In this document: positions 26,875 through 34,514 of the stretch, piece after piece
Layout: every line of letters starts with the position of its first letter
How positions within the stretch are numbered: the stretch's first letter is position 1
The notes under the pieces: generated by a model
Databases searched by the model: none
What the model saw: the letters and a program-made list of their open reading frames with translations, nothing else
What the model was told of the DNA's origin: nothing
Origin: a virus
Lineage: Duplodnaviria > Caudoviricetes
DNA: 37,679 nucleotides
Strand: one strand, 5' to 3'
IMG/VR virus record: IMGVR_UViG_3300032335_000058
Location: 1 to 37,679 of that record
Translations under genes and position numbers: made by a program

Positions 26875-27006
26875 ACAATCTCCATAGGTGCTGGCCTATC
26901 CGGTGGAAATTCCGGCAGGTCAGCCCAGTTAAGGGTTTAGTTCGGTCAGATAGACCAGCCCAATGGAGACTGAATATCTGACCCGCATTGCGCTTTCCAC
27001 AGCGCG
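26875..27006 (-). promoter_or_regulatory. Structured 5' leader RNA of the initiator gene
   Basis: Three hairpins, complementary loops GTGGAA/TTCCAC, and an alternative ~21-bp helix that covers the GGAGA RBS. Confidence 0.7.
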
Positions 27007-27010
27007 TTGA

Positions 27011-27214
27011 TCAAGATTCTAACTGCTCATTAAATCTCATGGCAACAATACCAAAATGGCGCTGCATTTCAATGGCATGCACATACGGCACATGATTGCG
27101 CCTGACCCATTGGCTGATGTTGGATTTGTGAATGCCCAGCATCATTGCCAATTTGGTCTGGCTGCCCGCCATCTCAATAGCCTCGCGGAGCGCTGCGGGT
27201 TTTTCTCTTTTCAT
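27011..27214 (-). CDS. Cro/YdaS-like HTH transcriptional regulator
   Basis: LREAIEMAGSQTKLAMMLGIHKSNISQWV; upstream of the initiator as in lambdoid phages. Confidence 0.85.
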   Translation of the reverse strand: MKREKPAALREAIEMAGSQTKLAMMLGIHKSNISQWVRRNHVPYVHAIEMQRHFGIVAMRFNEQLES

Positions 27215-27316
27215 TTCGGATGTCCCTAAAAATCACTAAAGCAAGCATTGTCAACATTATTAGCAAAAAAATCCAGATCTGTTGCGCCACAATATGTTCA
27301 ACAAAATAGGTCATTT

Positions 27317-27529
27317 TCAAACCTCCTTTATCGTTAAAACAATCCGCACCGGAAAGGTGTCCTTGTAATAATTCCCGCTGGCCGTATTGGCCTGGGCCAA
27401 ACCTTCCAAGGCCGCCTTCCTGGTTCGGAATAACCAGGTTCTGGCCGGTTCACCCGGCTCAACCTGGGGCTTCCAGACTAGATTGCCATATCTGTTCTTT
27501 AATGCCCAGCACTTAATTCGCGCAGCCAT
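27317..27529 (-). CDS. Hypothetical protein
   Basis: 70 aa, TGATG-coupled to ssb; LFRTRKAA motif. Confidence 0.65.
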   Translation of the reverse strand: MAARIKCWALKNRYGNLVWKPQVEPGEPARTWLFRTRKAALEGLAQANTASGNYYKDTFPVRIVLTIKEV

Positions 27530-27936
27530 CAGAACGGAATGTCATCATCAAGGTTATTGATCGACTTCTGCGGCTGGTATCCGTCCGCTTTAGCCTTCTC
27601 ATGGGGTGTCTGCTCAGACCGGCCACCAATCAACTCAACATCCATGACCTTGGCCCGCAACGATGTAGCCTGGCCGCTGCCATCCTTTTTGTCATAGGTC
27701 TCAATGTGCGGCTCACTTAGCACGACATGCACCTGTGATCCCTTGGTCATGTAGGGCAGCAACTTTTCTGCCCGGCTGCCCCAAAATGCCGCCTTAATCC
27801 ATTGTGTCGGGCGCTTGCCATCCTGCTCCCGCTTGCCGTAATTGAACGCCAGGCTTAACTCCACCACGACATCTCCCTGTGGGGTGTGCCGCGCCTGGGC
27901 ATCATTTCCTACTCGCACAACTCCAGACATCATCAT
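27529..27936 (-). CDS. ssb: Single-stranded DNA-binding protein
   Basis: OB-fold pattern (RVGNDA..R.TP.G..V.ELSLA..TQW....WG.RAE.L..Y..KGSQV) and acidic DDDIPF tail. Confidence 0.92.
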   Translation of the reverse strand: MMMSGVVRVGNDAQARHTPQGDVVVELSLAFNYGKREQDGKRPTQWIKAAFWGSRAEKLLPYMTKGSQVHVVLSEPHIETYDKKDGSGQATSLRAKVMDVELIGGRSEQTPHEKAKADGYQPQKSINNLDDDIPF

Positions 27937-28271
27937 TATCCAATCTCCTTTAGTTTATGAATTCCTGCTTGGGTAATTTGCCAGGCAACAGCCAGGCGGT
28001 TCGACTTCGTTTTCCGTACCATGCCAGCGTCCTCAATGTAGCCATGCCGCATCAGGGTGACCCGCATGGGCCTGTATGAATTGCCATCTATTGACATCAG
28101 CGCTTGGCCTTCCTCATCTGTCAGCCCTGCCGGATACTGCCCAATCACAGCCAGCAACCCATGCGTCCGAGTAGAAAACTTTGGCGCTGCGGCTGCTGCA
28201 GATGCCCGGCTAGTGGCCGAATGCCGCTGGTGTGGTGGGTAGGTAGCATTAAAATCAATTGCAATCTGCAT
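27936..28271 (-). CDS. Winged-helix DNA-binding protein
   Basis: TSRASA..GLTDEE....SYRPMRVTL...GYIEDAG..RKT.S.R.A..W; AAGGAG RBS before the ATG at 28271. Confidence 0.7.
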   Translation of the reverse strand: MQIAIDFNATYPPHQRHSATSRASAAAAAPKFSTRTHGLLAVIGQYPAGLTDEEGQALMSIDGNSYRPMRVTLMRHGYIEDAGMVRKTKSNRLAVAWQITQAGIHKLKEIG

Positions 28272-28281
28272 GGCCCGCTCC

Positions 28282-29055
28282 TTATCTGTGGTCATTTTTA
28301 ATCTGCCAGAAATCAAGCAGCCTGGTAAACATCTTCCAACCCTTCTCAAGATCCTCCGCAGCCCATTCAACAATCTTGACCACGCCTGGGTTATTGCGCG
28401 AGACAAACACATTGGCGCAGCGGGCTTTGGGCATAAGCAGCCCCATGCGGTAGGCAGCCAACTGCATCATGTGTTCGTCAAATCCCTGGACATCATCATC
28501 CGGCCCAAACTCTTTGGTCTTGATGTCAATGATCACGCCATAATTTCCCTCAATGCTGACTGCGTACATATCGCACTTGCCGCCATATCCCAATGGGTGA
28601 CCAAAAGATTTTTCGCAAATCCACTCATGCTTTCCAAAATGTTTTGCTACAGCCTTTTCAACTGCGTCAACATAGGCAGCATATTCGTCACCATATGACT
28701 TTCCTTCAAACCCCATTTGAACCGCTGCATGGATTCGCGTACCTTCCTCTGCTGCTTTCTTGCCGGTCTCGCGTGAATCTTCCATGATCCGATCCAGATA
28801 ATCGTCCTCTGTCTCGCCATCTTTTCTGGGCAATGTCATCGCGGCCAGCAATACCTGCTGCTGCTTCCAGCGCTCCAGGCCAGGCGCTGCGGCCACCTTC
28901 ATAATGGTTGTGACACTTGGAACAAGGTCTTTTGTCCTAGCATCGCGCAGCGTGGTGTTGCGCTCTTTGCCATTCTTGCCGGTCACCGTGTAGCACGGCT
29001 GGCCTGCACGGGTGTACCAATGACCTGCCTCGCTGGTGTATGTCTTTTCGCTCAT
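28282..29055 (-). CDS. PD-(D/E)XK exonuclease (recombination partner of Sak)
   Basis: PSVTTI, GTRIH, E....YGGKCD, IIDIKT and QLAAY motifs. Confidence 0.88.
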   Translation of the reverse strand: MSEKTYTSEAGHWYTRAGQPCYTVTGKNGKERNTTLRDARTKDLVPSVTTIMKVAAAPGLERWKQQQVLLAAMTLPRKDGETEDDYLDRIMEDSRETGKKAAEEGTRIHAAVQMGFEGKSYGDEYAAYVDAVEKAVAKHFGKHEWICEKSFGHPLGYGGKCDMYAVSIEGNYGVIIDIKTKEFGPDDDVQGFDEHMMQLAAYRMGLLMPKARCANVFVSRNNPGVVKIVEWAAEDLEKGWKMFTRLLDFWQIKNDHR

Positions 29056-29630
29056 GCTGCCCCCAGTTCTTGTTTTTTGTTTTCGTAGATTGTTTTAAAT
29101 GCTTCCATTGCATCCTGGTCACCGGCAGTCTGGGCCAAACGGTAGGCAGCCGCAAATGCTTTCTTGGCTGATTCCATGTCCGCTGCGCTGTCAATGGCTG
29201 CTAGGTTATCGGCCACGCCTTGCTTGCTCATAACCGGCTTTTGCTCATGCTGCCCATCTGATTCTGAGGGCAGATCCTCACCCGCAAAAACTTTGATGCC
29301 CAAACCGTGGCAGGCAATCGCCTTGACCAGGCAGCGCATCATATTTTTATTGACAATAAATGCGTCAGGATTTTTAACAGCCTTATTAGTGTGATCCATA
29401 ACCGGCAGGTGCATAGTCATTGGCTTGCCAAATGCTGTCACCGTGCAAGAAACCATTAAGGTCTCAGCAAACGCCACGGGCGCGTGAAACTCCCAGGTAG
29501 CAGTAGGATCTGCCTGCATCAAAAAATCTACAGCAATGGGCCAGGATAAATAGTCCAACTTATGCGGGCCTTTTTTTTCTACCCACTTGCTGACATCGAT
29601 AGCGGCCAATTCTTTATAGTGATTTGTCAT
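29052..29630 (-). CDS. Sak-family (DUF1071) single-strand annealing protein
   Basis: IDVS..VEKK...L.YLSW..A, LPVMD..N, NKNMMRCLVKAIA.HGLG...FAGEDLP. Confidence 0.88.
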   Translation of the reverse strand: MTNHYKELAAIDVSKWVEKKGPHKLDYLSWPIAVDFLMQADPTATWEFHAPVAFAETLMVSCTVTAFGKPMTMHLPVMDHTNKAVKNPDAFIVNKNMMRCLVKAIACHGLGIKVFAGEDLPSESDGQHEQKPVMSKQGVADNLAAIDSAADMESAKKAFAAAYRLAQTAGDQDAMEAFKTIYENKKQELGAA

Positions 29631-29639
29631 GTTGATCTC

Positions 29640-29726
29640 CTACAGTAAACACATTAGAAAAATAAATCCGTACACAAATGGCGCTGCAATAATTGCGCCC
29701 AGCAATGCTTTGGTATCTTCGCTCAT
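29640..29726 (-). CDS. 28-aa single-TM microprotein (not in the ORF track)
   Basis: MSEDTKALLGAIIAAPFVYGFIFLMCLL; GGAGG RBS, ATGA overlap with the upstream gene; its TAG is part of the sak RBS. Confidence 0.65.
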   Translation of the reverse strand: MSEDTKALLGAIIAAPFVYGFIFLMCLL

Positions 29727-29995
29727 AGTTCCTCCACAGTAATTTTGTATTGCTTGCCATTGCGGTCAGCAACAAATATGGTTTTCATAGTGCTGCGTAA
29801 CGCACCATCTTCGTCCAGATCAAACTTGACAGATCCACAACCGGCGATGATGTCGTTATCTGGCGTGTTGATAGCCTGCTTGATCTTGCGGGCAATAAAA
29901 TCGCAGTATGCTGGCTTGATCTGATAGACCTTTAACTGCTCTTCTAATTGCTGTTGCTGCTCTAACTGTTGCTGATGAAATTCTGCTGCTGTCAT
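29723..29995 (-). CDS. Early hypothetical protein with Gln-rich N-terminus
   Basis: AAGGAG RBS before the ATG at 29995; MTAAEFHQQQLEQQQQ. Confidence 0.7.
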   Translation of the reverse strand: MTAAEFHQQQLEQQQQLEEQLKVYQIKPAYCDFIARKIKQAINTPDNDIIAGCGSVKFDLDEDGALRSTMKTIFVADRNGKQYKITVEEL

Positions 29996-30005
29996 GGCTG
30001 TCTCC

Positions 30006-30215
30006 TTAGATAAGTGCTTCAATGTCACGGGTAATGGAATCAATCAACTTTGACAAATTGTCATATTGATCTTCTTGTTCTGGTGTGTAGTCACCGGGCA
30101 ATGCCTCAAGTGCATCGCGCTGCTTGTATAGCGCTGCCCGTTGATCTTCTAATTTGACAATGGCATCGTTATTAAGATGCACATCGGGTGTGGTGTAGTA
30201 ATCTGGTACAAACAT
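30006..30215 (-). CDS. First early gene, small acidic helical protein
   Basis: GGAGG RBS; directly downstream of the sigma70 promoter. Confidence 0.72.
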   Translation of the reverse strand: MFVPDYYTTPDVHLNNDAIVKLEDQRAALYKQRDALEALPGDYTPEQEDQYDNLSKLIDSITRDIEALI

Positions 30216-30267
30216 TTAAACCTCCAGGTCTGCCGACAAAGTTTAGAAAAGTTAAACAACAGGTGTC

Positions 30268-30297
30268 ATTGTAGTCCCACCATAAAATCTGTGTCAA
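30268..30297 (-). promoter_or_regulatory. Sigma70-type early promoter
   Basis: TTGACA (30297-30292), 18-nt spacer, TACAAT (30273-30268), AT-rich upstream sequence. Confidence 0.8.
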
Positions 30298-30338
30298 CTA
30301 TTTTCTAGGTACTTTCCCTAATACAAAATAATCTGGGT

Positions 30339-30366
30339 AAAAAAATCCCCGGCACTAAGGCCGGGG
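30339..30366 (-). terminator. Rho-independent terminator ending the late/lysis transcript
   Basis: CCCCGGC-CTTAGT-GCCGGGG followed by ATTTTTTT, downstream of the endolysin. Confidence 0.88.
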
Positions 30367-30407
30367 CAAAGGCCCAAAGGAATAGGGCGAGGAGACAACA
30401 AAGGAAA

Positions 30408-30872
30408 CTAGGCAACCAGGCCAGGCAGGTAAACGGTCTTTCCGTCCTTTTTAGTCGCGGTCAGGTTTTGTTTTTTAAGGTCAGCCGGGTTGTACGATAC
30501 ATGTACCCAGCCAGAATCTAGGATTCCTGGGGTGTAAAACTCTAGGATCAATTGGGTGTAGTCCAGGTTCTCCATGATCCACACGGCCAGATCAGCATTA
30601 GCCACGCCTGGGATCTCAATGTCGGCAGCCTGGCCCTTGCAATGATCGCTGGTCTTAGACCCGCCCACGGCTGCATTGACATCCGGGTGACGGAACCCGC
30701 TATTGACCTTCACGCCCGTGCCATAGTGGTCACGGACGGGCTGCAACACCTTTTCGCATAGTAGGCGCATGGCAGCAATTTCGGCCTCGCCTGGCGTGTT
30801 TTCTAGGCCGTGGCGCAGGGCTGTCTCAGACTTGACCATTTCGGTCAGGGAAAAATTAGGACTTAACTGCAT
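30408..30872 (-). CDS. Endolysin, peptidase M15 family
   Basis: LSPNFSL.E...SETA.R.G..N.P, VNSGFR...N.AVGGS.TSDHCKGQAADI and WVHVS zinc-ligand motifs. Confidence 0.92.
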   Translation of the reverse strand: MQLSPNFSLTEMVKSETALRHGLENTPGEAEIAAMRLLCEKVLQPVRDHYGTGVKVNSGFRHPDVNAAVGGSKTSDHCKGQAADIEIPGVANADLAVWIMENLDYTQLILEFYTPGILDSGWVHVSYNPADLKKQNLTATKKDGKTVYLPGLVA

Positions 30873-31269
30873 CTTTCTTTCCCTTCATGTCGATGATCTT
30901 TTCTAGCGTCCGGCCACCAAAATAAAAAGACATGATCAACATGCCCCATTGGCCCAGCAATTCCACATAGTTATTGTTTACTTCAATGTCCCAGGCGGAC
31001 ATGGCAGCAAATACGGTATAGACCGTCAAAATAAATACCAGGGTCATAGGCCGGATATTTTTGGACAGCCAGGAATCCGATTTCATGTCGGCTTCCAAGC
31101 GCTTGGTCAACTCTTGGGCTTCGATGTTGTCGGCCTGAAGTTCCGCCAAGCGGCCCTCTTGCTGAACCTTGATCAATTCCGCCTGGGCTTTAGCCCGTGC
31201 CTCTGGATCTGGCAATACCTTGTCCAGAACCTTTTCTCCAATACTCATAATTGCAGCCAATGGGATCAT
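30856..31269 (-). CDS. Holin (3TM / GTA-type)
   Basis: KVLDKVLPDP, D.KSDSWLSKNIRP, hydrophobic helices, FYFGGRTLEK; adjacent to the endolysin. Confidence 0.8.
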   Translation of the reverse strand: MIPLAAIMSIGEKVLDKVLPDPEARAKAQAELIKVQQEGRLAELQADNIEAQELTKRLEADMKSDSWLSKNIRPMTLVFILTVYTVFAAMSAWDIEVNNNYVELLGQWGMLIMSFYFGGRTLEKIIDMKGKKDAVKS

Positions 31270-31541
31270 GCTTTCACCTCATCCTTCCTTGTTAAATTTG
31301 CTGCAGCATAAGCGCCCTTGCGTCCAACAATCCCGCCAATAGCACCAATGCATAGCAGCATTATGTCTTTCATAATTGCTAAAAATGCCTCATCAATTGG
31401 AGCAATTTTTTCCATGTCTTGCTCAACGAAAATTACAGCCCCAAGAATTGCACACACAGACAGCAAAAGAATTCCGGCAAGTGTCATCACAATCCATGCC
31501 CACACGCGCACTTCGATTTCTTCGGTAGTCATCCGTTCCAT
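31266..31541 (-). CDS. Two-TM membrane protein (lysis-associated)
   Basis: Two hydrophobic segments; overlap-coupled on both sides. Confidence 0.7.
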   Translation of the reverse strand: MERMTTEEIEVRVWAWIVMTLAGILLLSVCAILGAVIFVEQDMEKIAPIDEAFLAIMKDIMLLCIGAIGGIVGRKGAYAAANLTRKDEVKA

Positions 31542-31993
31542 CACCACGCCCCCGTTGCTTTTAAGATTCCATAAATAACTGCAGCAAATGCAAAGATCAG
31601 CAGCCAGGTCAGGCGCTCTTCGGCACGCAATTTTTGAAATTCGTGATCAAGTATCTTGCGCTCTTTCCGCATCTGGGTGACCAATGCTTTAACCTCTGTC
31701 ACCGCCTGCTTGCCAAACTCCCGTTCCATGTCATCGTACATACCCTCTTCGGCAGCACGGATCTTTCTGACTTCGCGGTATTCAGCAGCAGCGTCAACAA
31801 ATACCAGGTCACCCCGGCGCTGCAATTGCAATTGCTTTTTCTTCCAGGCCACACGAGCGCGGGCCTCTTCGTCTAAAAAGTTATTGACCTCTTTGCCGGT
31901 CTCTTTGATTTCACGGCCAACCTTGATGGCTTCTTTAATGCCACCTAGCGCTTGCCGCGCTACATCGGCTGGATTACCTGGGTCTGGCAGCAT
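31541..31993 (-). CDS. Coiled-coil protein with C-terminal TM helix
   Basis: Charged helical body followed by WLLIFAFAAVIYGIL; GGGG RBS. Confidence 0.72.
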   Translation of the reverse strand: MLPDPGNPADVARQALGGIKEAIKVGREIKETGKEVNNFLDEEARARVAWKKKQLQLQRRGDLVFVDAAAEYREVRKIRAAEEGMYDDMEREFGKQAVTEVKALVTQMRKERKILDHEFQKLRAEERLTWLLIFAFAAVIYGILKATGAW

Positions 31994-32096
31994 CGCGCCC
32001 CCCTGTTGATTTTTTATTAACCCTGGGGCTGATTCGGTAGCCTATCTTTTGCAGCCAAATTCCTACGGCTAAAAAGATGGCTGCCAGGAGTTTCAT
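31974..32096 (-). CDS. Possible 40-aa hydrophobic/basic microprotein (not in the ORF track)
   Basis: MKLLAAIFLAVGIWLQKIGYRISPRVNKKSTGGRDAARPR; ATGA overlap with 32093..32302; no clear RBS. Confidence 0.4.
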   Translation of the reverse strand: MKLLAAIFLAVGIWLQKIGYRISPRVNKKSTGGRDAARPR

Positions 32097-32302
32097 AATT
32101 TCGCTACTAATCCAATCAATAAATTGATTGCCCAGCCCATAGCCCCAATCAATGCAACGGCAGCGCCAACCAGGCCAACCTCAATGCGCTTTAACCTGGC
32201 ATTGCTGGCACGGAATTGCTGCTCAATGCCCCTATATCTCTCAGCACAGACTTGCTCATGCGAGATCAGTTTTTGCTCCATAAGTTCAAAGTCTGATTTC
32301 AT
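32093..32302 (-). CDS. Small coiled-coil plus C-terminal TM protein
   Basis: SHEQVCAERY..I...LKRIE followed by a TM helix; first gene of the lysis region. Confidence 0.75.
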   Translation of the reverse strand: MKSDFELMEQKLISHEQVCAERYRGIEQQFRASNARLKRIEVGLVGAAVALIGAMGWAINLLIGLVAKL

Positions 32303-32305
32303 CTT

Positions 32306-33217
32306 TTACTCGTAAAGAATGTTGACATAACCGGCATCAAAAGTATTAGTGCCAACCAATGTTGTGATTCTAATTTTAGTCAAAGTATCTGCAATCTGTT
32401 TATGTCCGGCAGCGCTAATTGTGCCATTAGGAAACGCAAACATTCCATTAGCCACCCAACGATCATCATCCATCAATGTCAACACCATTGATCCGCCAAG
32501 TGTATAAGACGGATTGCCGTTAGATATGACAAACCCTGTAGTCGATGTGCTGCTTGACATCGATGACGCGCCCAGGCTGCTGGTACTAGCCACATATGCG
32601 CTGGTCTCAAACCCCGTGGCCGTACCCAATTGGACAATGTAATTGTTGCTGCCATTGGTACTTACGCCAAAAAACATTACGGTCAATCGTCTGACCCAAG
32701 ATGGCAGGTCTGTAAAATCAATGTATGTACCGCTGACCGCAGACACAATTGATCCCGTAGTCATGGGATTTGCTAACTTGGCCGGTGTTACAGAAGAATT
32801 GTCAATCGTCCAGGTAGCGCCAGTAGATGACACAACAATGTCACCCTTGTCACCATCGGTCACGCCGACAATGGTGCGGTACTCAATATCTGTTGCGCCA
32901 GAGTTTACAAACAGCGCCTTGTTTCCATTAGTGGCAAATGCTGGCAAAAGATTGGTACGCGCACCGGCAGCCGTACTTGCACCCGTGCCACCGTCTGCCA
33001 CGGCCAGGTCTGTAATTCCAGTAATAGCGCCGCTGCTGATCGTGACATTGGTAAGTGTCGATCCATTCTCTTTGGCAAGGGGAAATCCACCGGCAGTCGA
33101 TCCATCATGGACAACGGCTGTGTCTTTTGTAGTGTCAACAGTCACTTCGCCAAGAGCGCCAGCAAATGACGAATGCTGAACAGTCGTTCCTCGTCTTAAT
33201 TGAAGTGCAATTGCCAT
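32306..33217 (-). CDS. Fibre/receptor-binding protein with major tropism determinant N-terminal (Mtd_N)-like domain
   Basis: LQLRRGTT.QHSSF.GALGEVTVDTTK.T.VVHDGSTAGGFPLA N-terminus, LAVADGGTGAST shaft, beta-sandwich C-terminus ending NILYE. Confidence 0.78.
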   Translation of the reverse strand: MAIALQLRRGTTVQHSSFAGALGEVTVDTTKDTAVVHDGSTAGGFPLAKENGSTLTNVTISSGAITGITDLAVADGGTGASTAAGARTNLLPAFATNGNKALFVNSGATDIEYRTIVGVTDGDKGDIVVSSTGATWTIDNSSVTPAKLANPMTTGSIVSAVSGTYIDFTDLPSWVRRLTVMFFGVSTNGSNNYIVQLGTATGFETSAYVASTSSLGASSMSSSTSTTGFVISNGNPSYTLGGSMVLTLMDDDRWVANGMFAFPNGTISAAGHKQIADTLTKIRITTLVGTNTFDAGYVNILYE

Positions 33218-33225
33218 AATGTGCC

Positions 33226-34152
33226 TTATGCTGTGTATGTACCGCTGCTAGTAAATGTATGAATGGTGTAGCCGCCAGATGAGGTAACCGTTCCTCCGGT
33301 TCCTCGTTGTGCGCCAAGGTAACGGATAATTACAATTCCCGAACCCCCATTTGCTCCAGTACCACCAGATACTCGTCCACCACCGCCGCCACTACCACTA
33401 TTAGCAGACCCAACAGTTCCATTGTAAGAACCAAAAAAACCTCCGTTGCCACCGCCCGCTTGCCCCAAACCACCAACCTGTCCTGAACTTTCATAGCCGC
33501 CTGCACCCCCACCACCACCACCTGCACGGGCAGTTGCAGTTCCGTTAATAGAGGACGAAACGCCTATACCACCGTTAGCACCATCATCATAGCCCCGTCC
33601 CGGAGGGTAGTTTTGCCCAACACCACCCGCACCACCTCCACCGCTTGCTGCGTTTCCGTCATTTTGTGTGTCGTTTGCTGTGATATTTCCACCAGCATAT
33701 CCTTGATTAGCAGTACCAGCACCACCAGATTTAGGCGCACTTGTTGTATAAGATGAACCTCCTCCAGAACCGCCGCTCGATCCAGTTCCACCAGCATTAG
33801 CACCGGCTCCACCACCGATAGATGTAATAGAACCAAAAACAGAATTATTACCGTTGCCACCATTAGCAGTACCGCCTGCACCAACCGTGACTGTATAAGA
33901 ACTTGCTATTGTAAGCGGTAACGCAGACTCAGCAGATCCACCACCACCTGATGATTCGCCAGCGACAGAAGATCTATAACCGCCTGCACCTCCACCTCCA
34001 CCATAAGTATTTCCACCACCACCGCCACCAGCAATAACAAGATATTCAACAGAATAATTCTGTATAGGCCAATTGCTTCCTTTTAAAGCATTGCGGACAT
34101 CATTAAGTTTCCAAATGCCATTGGCATCGGATGTACTTGGAAATTGTGCCAT
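33226..34152 (-). CDS. Glycine-rich domain fibre-associated protein (paralogue 3)
   Basis: VEYLVIAGGGGGG...GGSGIVIIRY...GYTIHTFTSSGTYTA. Confidence 0.8.
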   Translation of the reverse strand: MAQFPSTSDANGIWKLNDVRNALKGSNWPIQNYSVEYLVIAGGGGGGNTYGGGGGAGGYRSSVAGESSGGGGSAESALPLTIASSYTVTVGAGGTANGGNGNNSVFGSITSIGGGAGANAGGTGSSGGSGGGSSYTTSAPKSGGAGTANQGYAGGNITANDTQNDGNAASGGGGAGGVGQNYPPGRGYDDGANGGIGVSSSINGTATARAGGGGGGAGGYESSGQVGGLGQAGGGNGGFFGSYNGTVGSANSGSGGGGGRVSGGTGANGGSGIVIIRYLGAQRGTGGTVTSSGGYTIHTFTSSGTYTA

Positions 34153-34511
34153 TACGAAATCTCCTCGTAAGACACAATGATTTCAAGATCACCTGAAGCA
34201 GAGGCCAGCGCTGTAATTTTGTCACCTTCCTCAAGGTAAATCGCTTTGCTCATCACATCTAGTGTTGCATCGGCTGGTACTGTGATCGTGTGTGCAATCT
34301 CGTATGTTGTTGTATTGTCAGCGTTGTAGAACCCAACAGTCACATCGGCGTTGTTTGCGCCATCCACATTGGCTACCAAAATTGCATTGACTTTGAACAC
34401 CTTACCGCTGCCTGCAGAATTGGTCACAATGTCTGCGCTTGAAGTAGTTAAAGCAGCGCCAACGGTTCTGCCTGTAATAGTTGCCACATTGACGATATTA
34501 GGTGCTGCCAT
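34152..34511 (-). CDS. Small beta-rich fibre adaptor-like protein (MAAPNIVNV type)
   Basis: ILVANVDG...IYLEEGDKI.A.AS...LEIIVSYEEIS; paralogous pattern to 37272..37592. Confidence 0.75.
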   Translation of the reverse strand: MAAPNIVNVATITGRTVGAALTTSSADIVTNSAGSGKVFKVNAILVANVDGANNADVTVGFYNADNTTTYEIAHTITVPADATLDVMSKAIYLEEGDKITALASASGDLEIIVSYEEIS

Positions 34512-34514
34512 GTT

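Noticed and set aside
27215-27316. Sigma70 promoter for the cro-like gene from the TTGACA at ~27254-27249
   Set aside because: No acceptable -10 hexamer at 16-18 nt spacing; kept only as a probable regulatory region.
28270-28698. 142-aa plus-strand ORF as a possible divergent repressor
   Set aside because: Lies wholly antisense to the exonuclease gene and has no HTH or peptidase S24 features.
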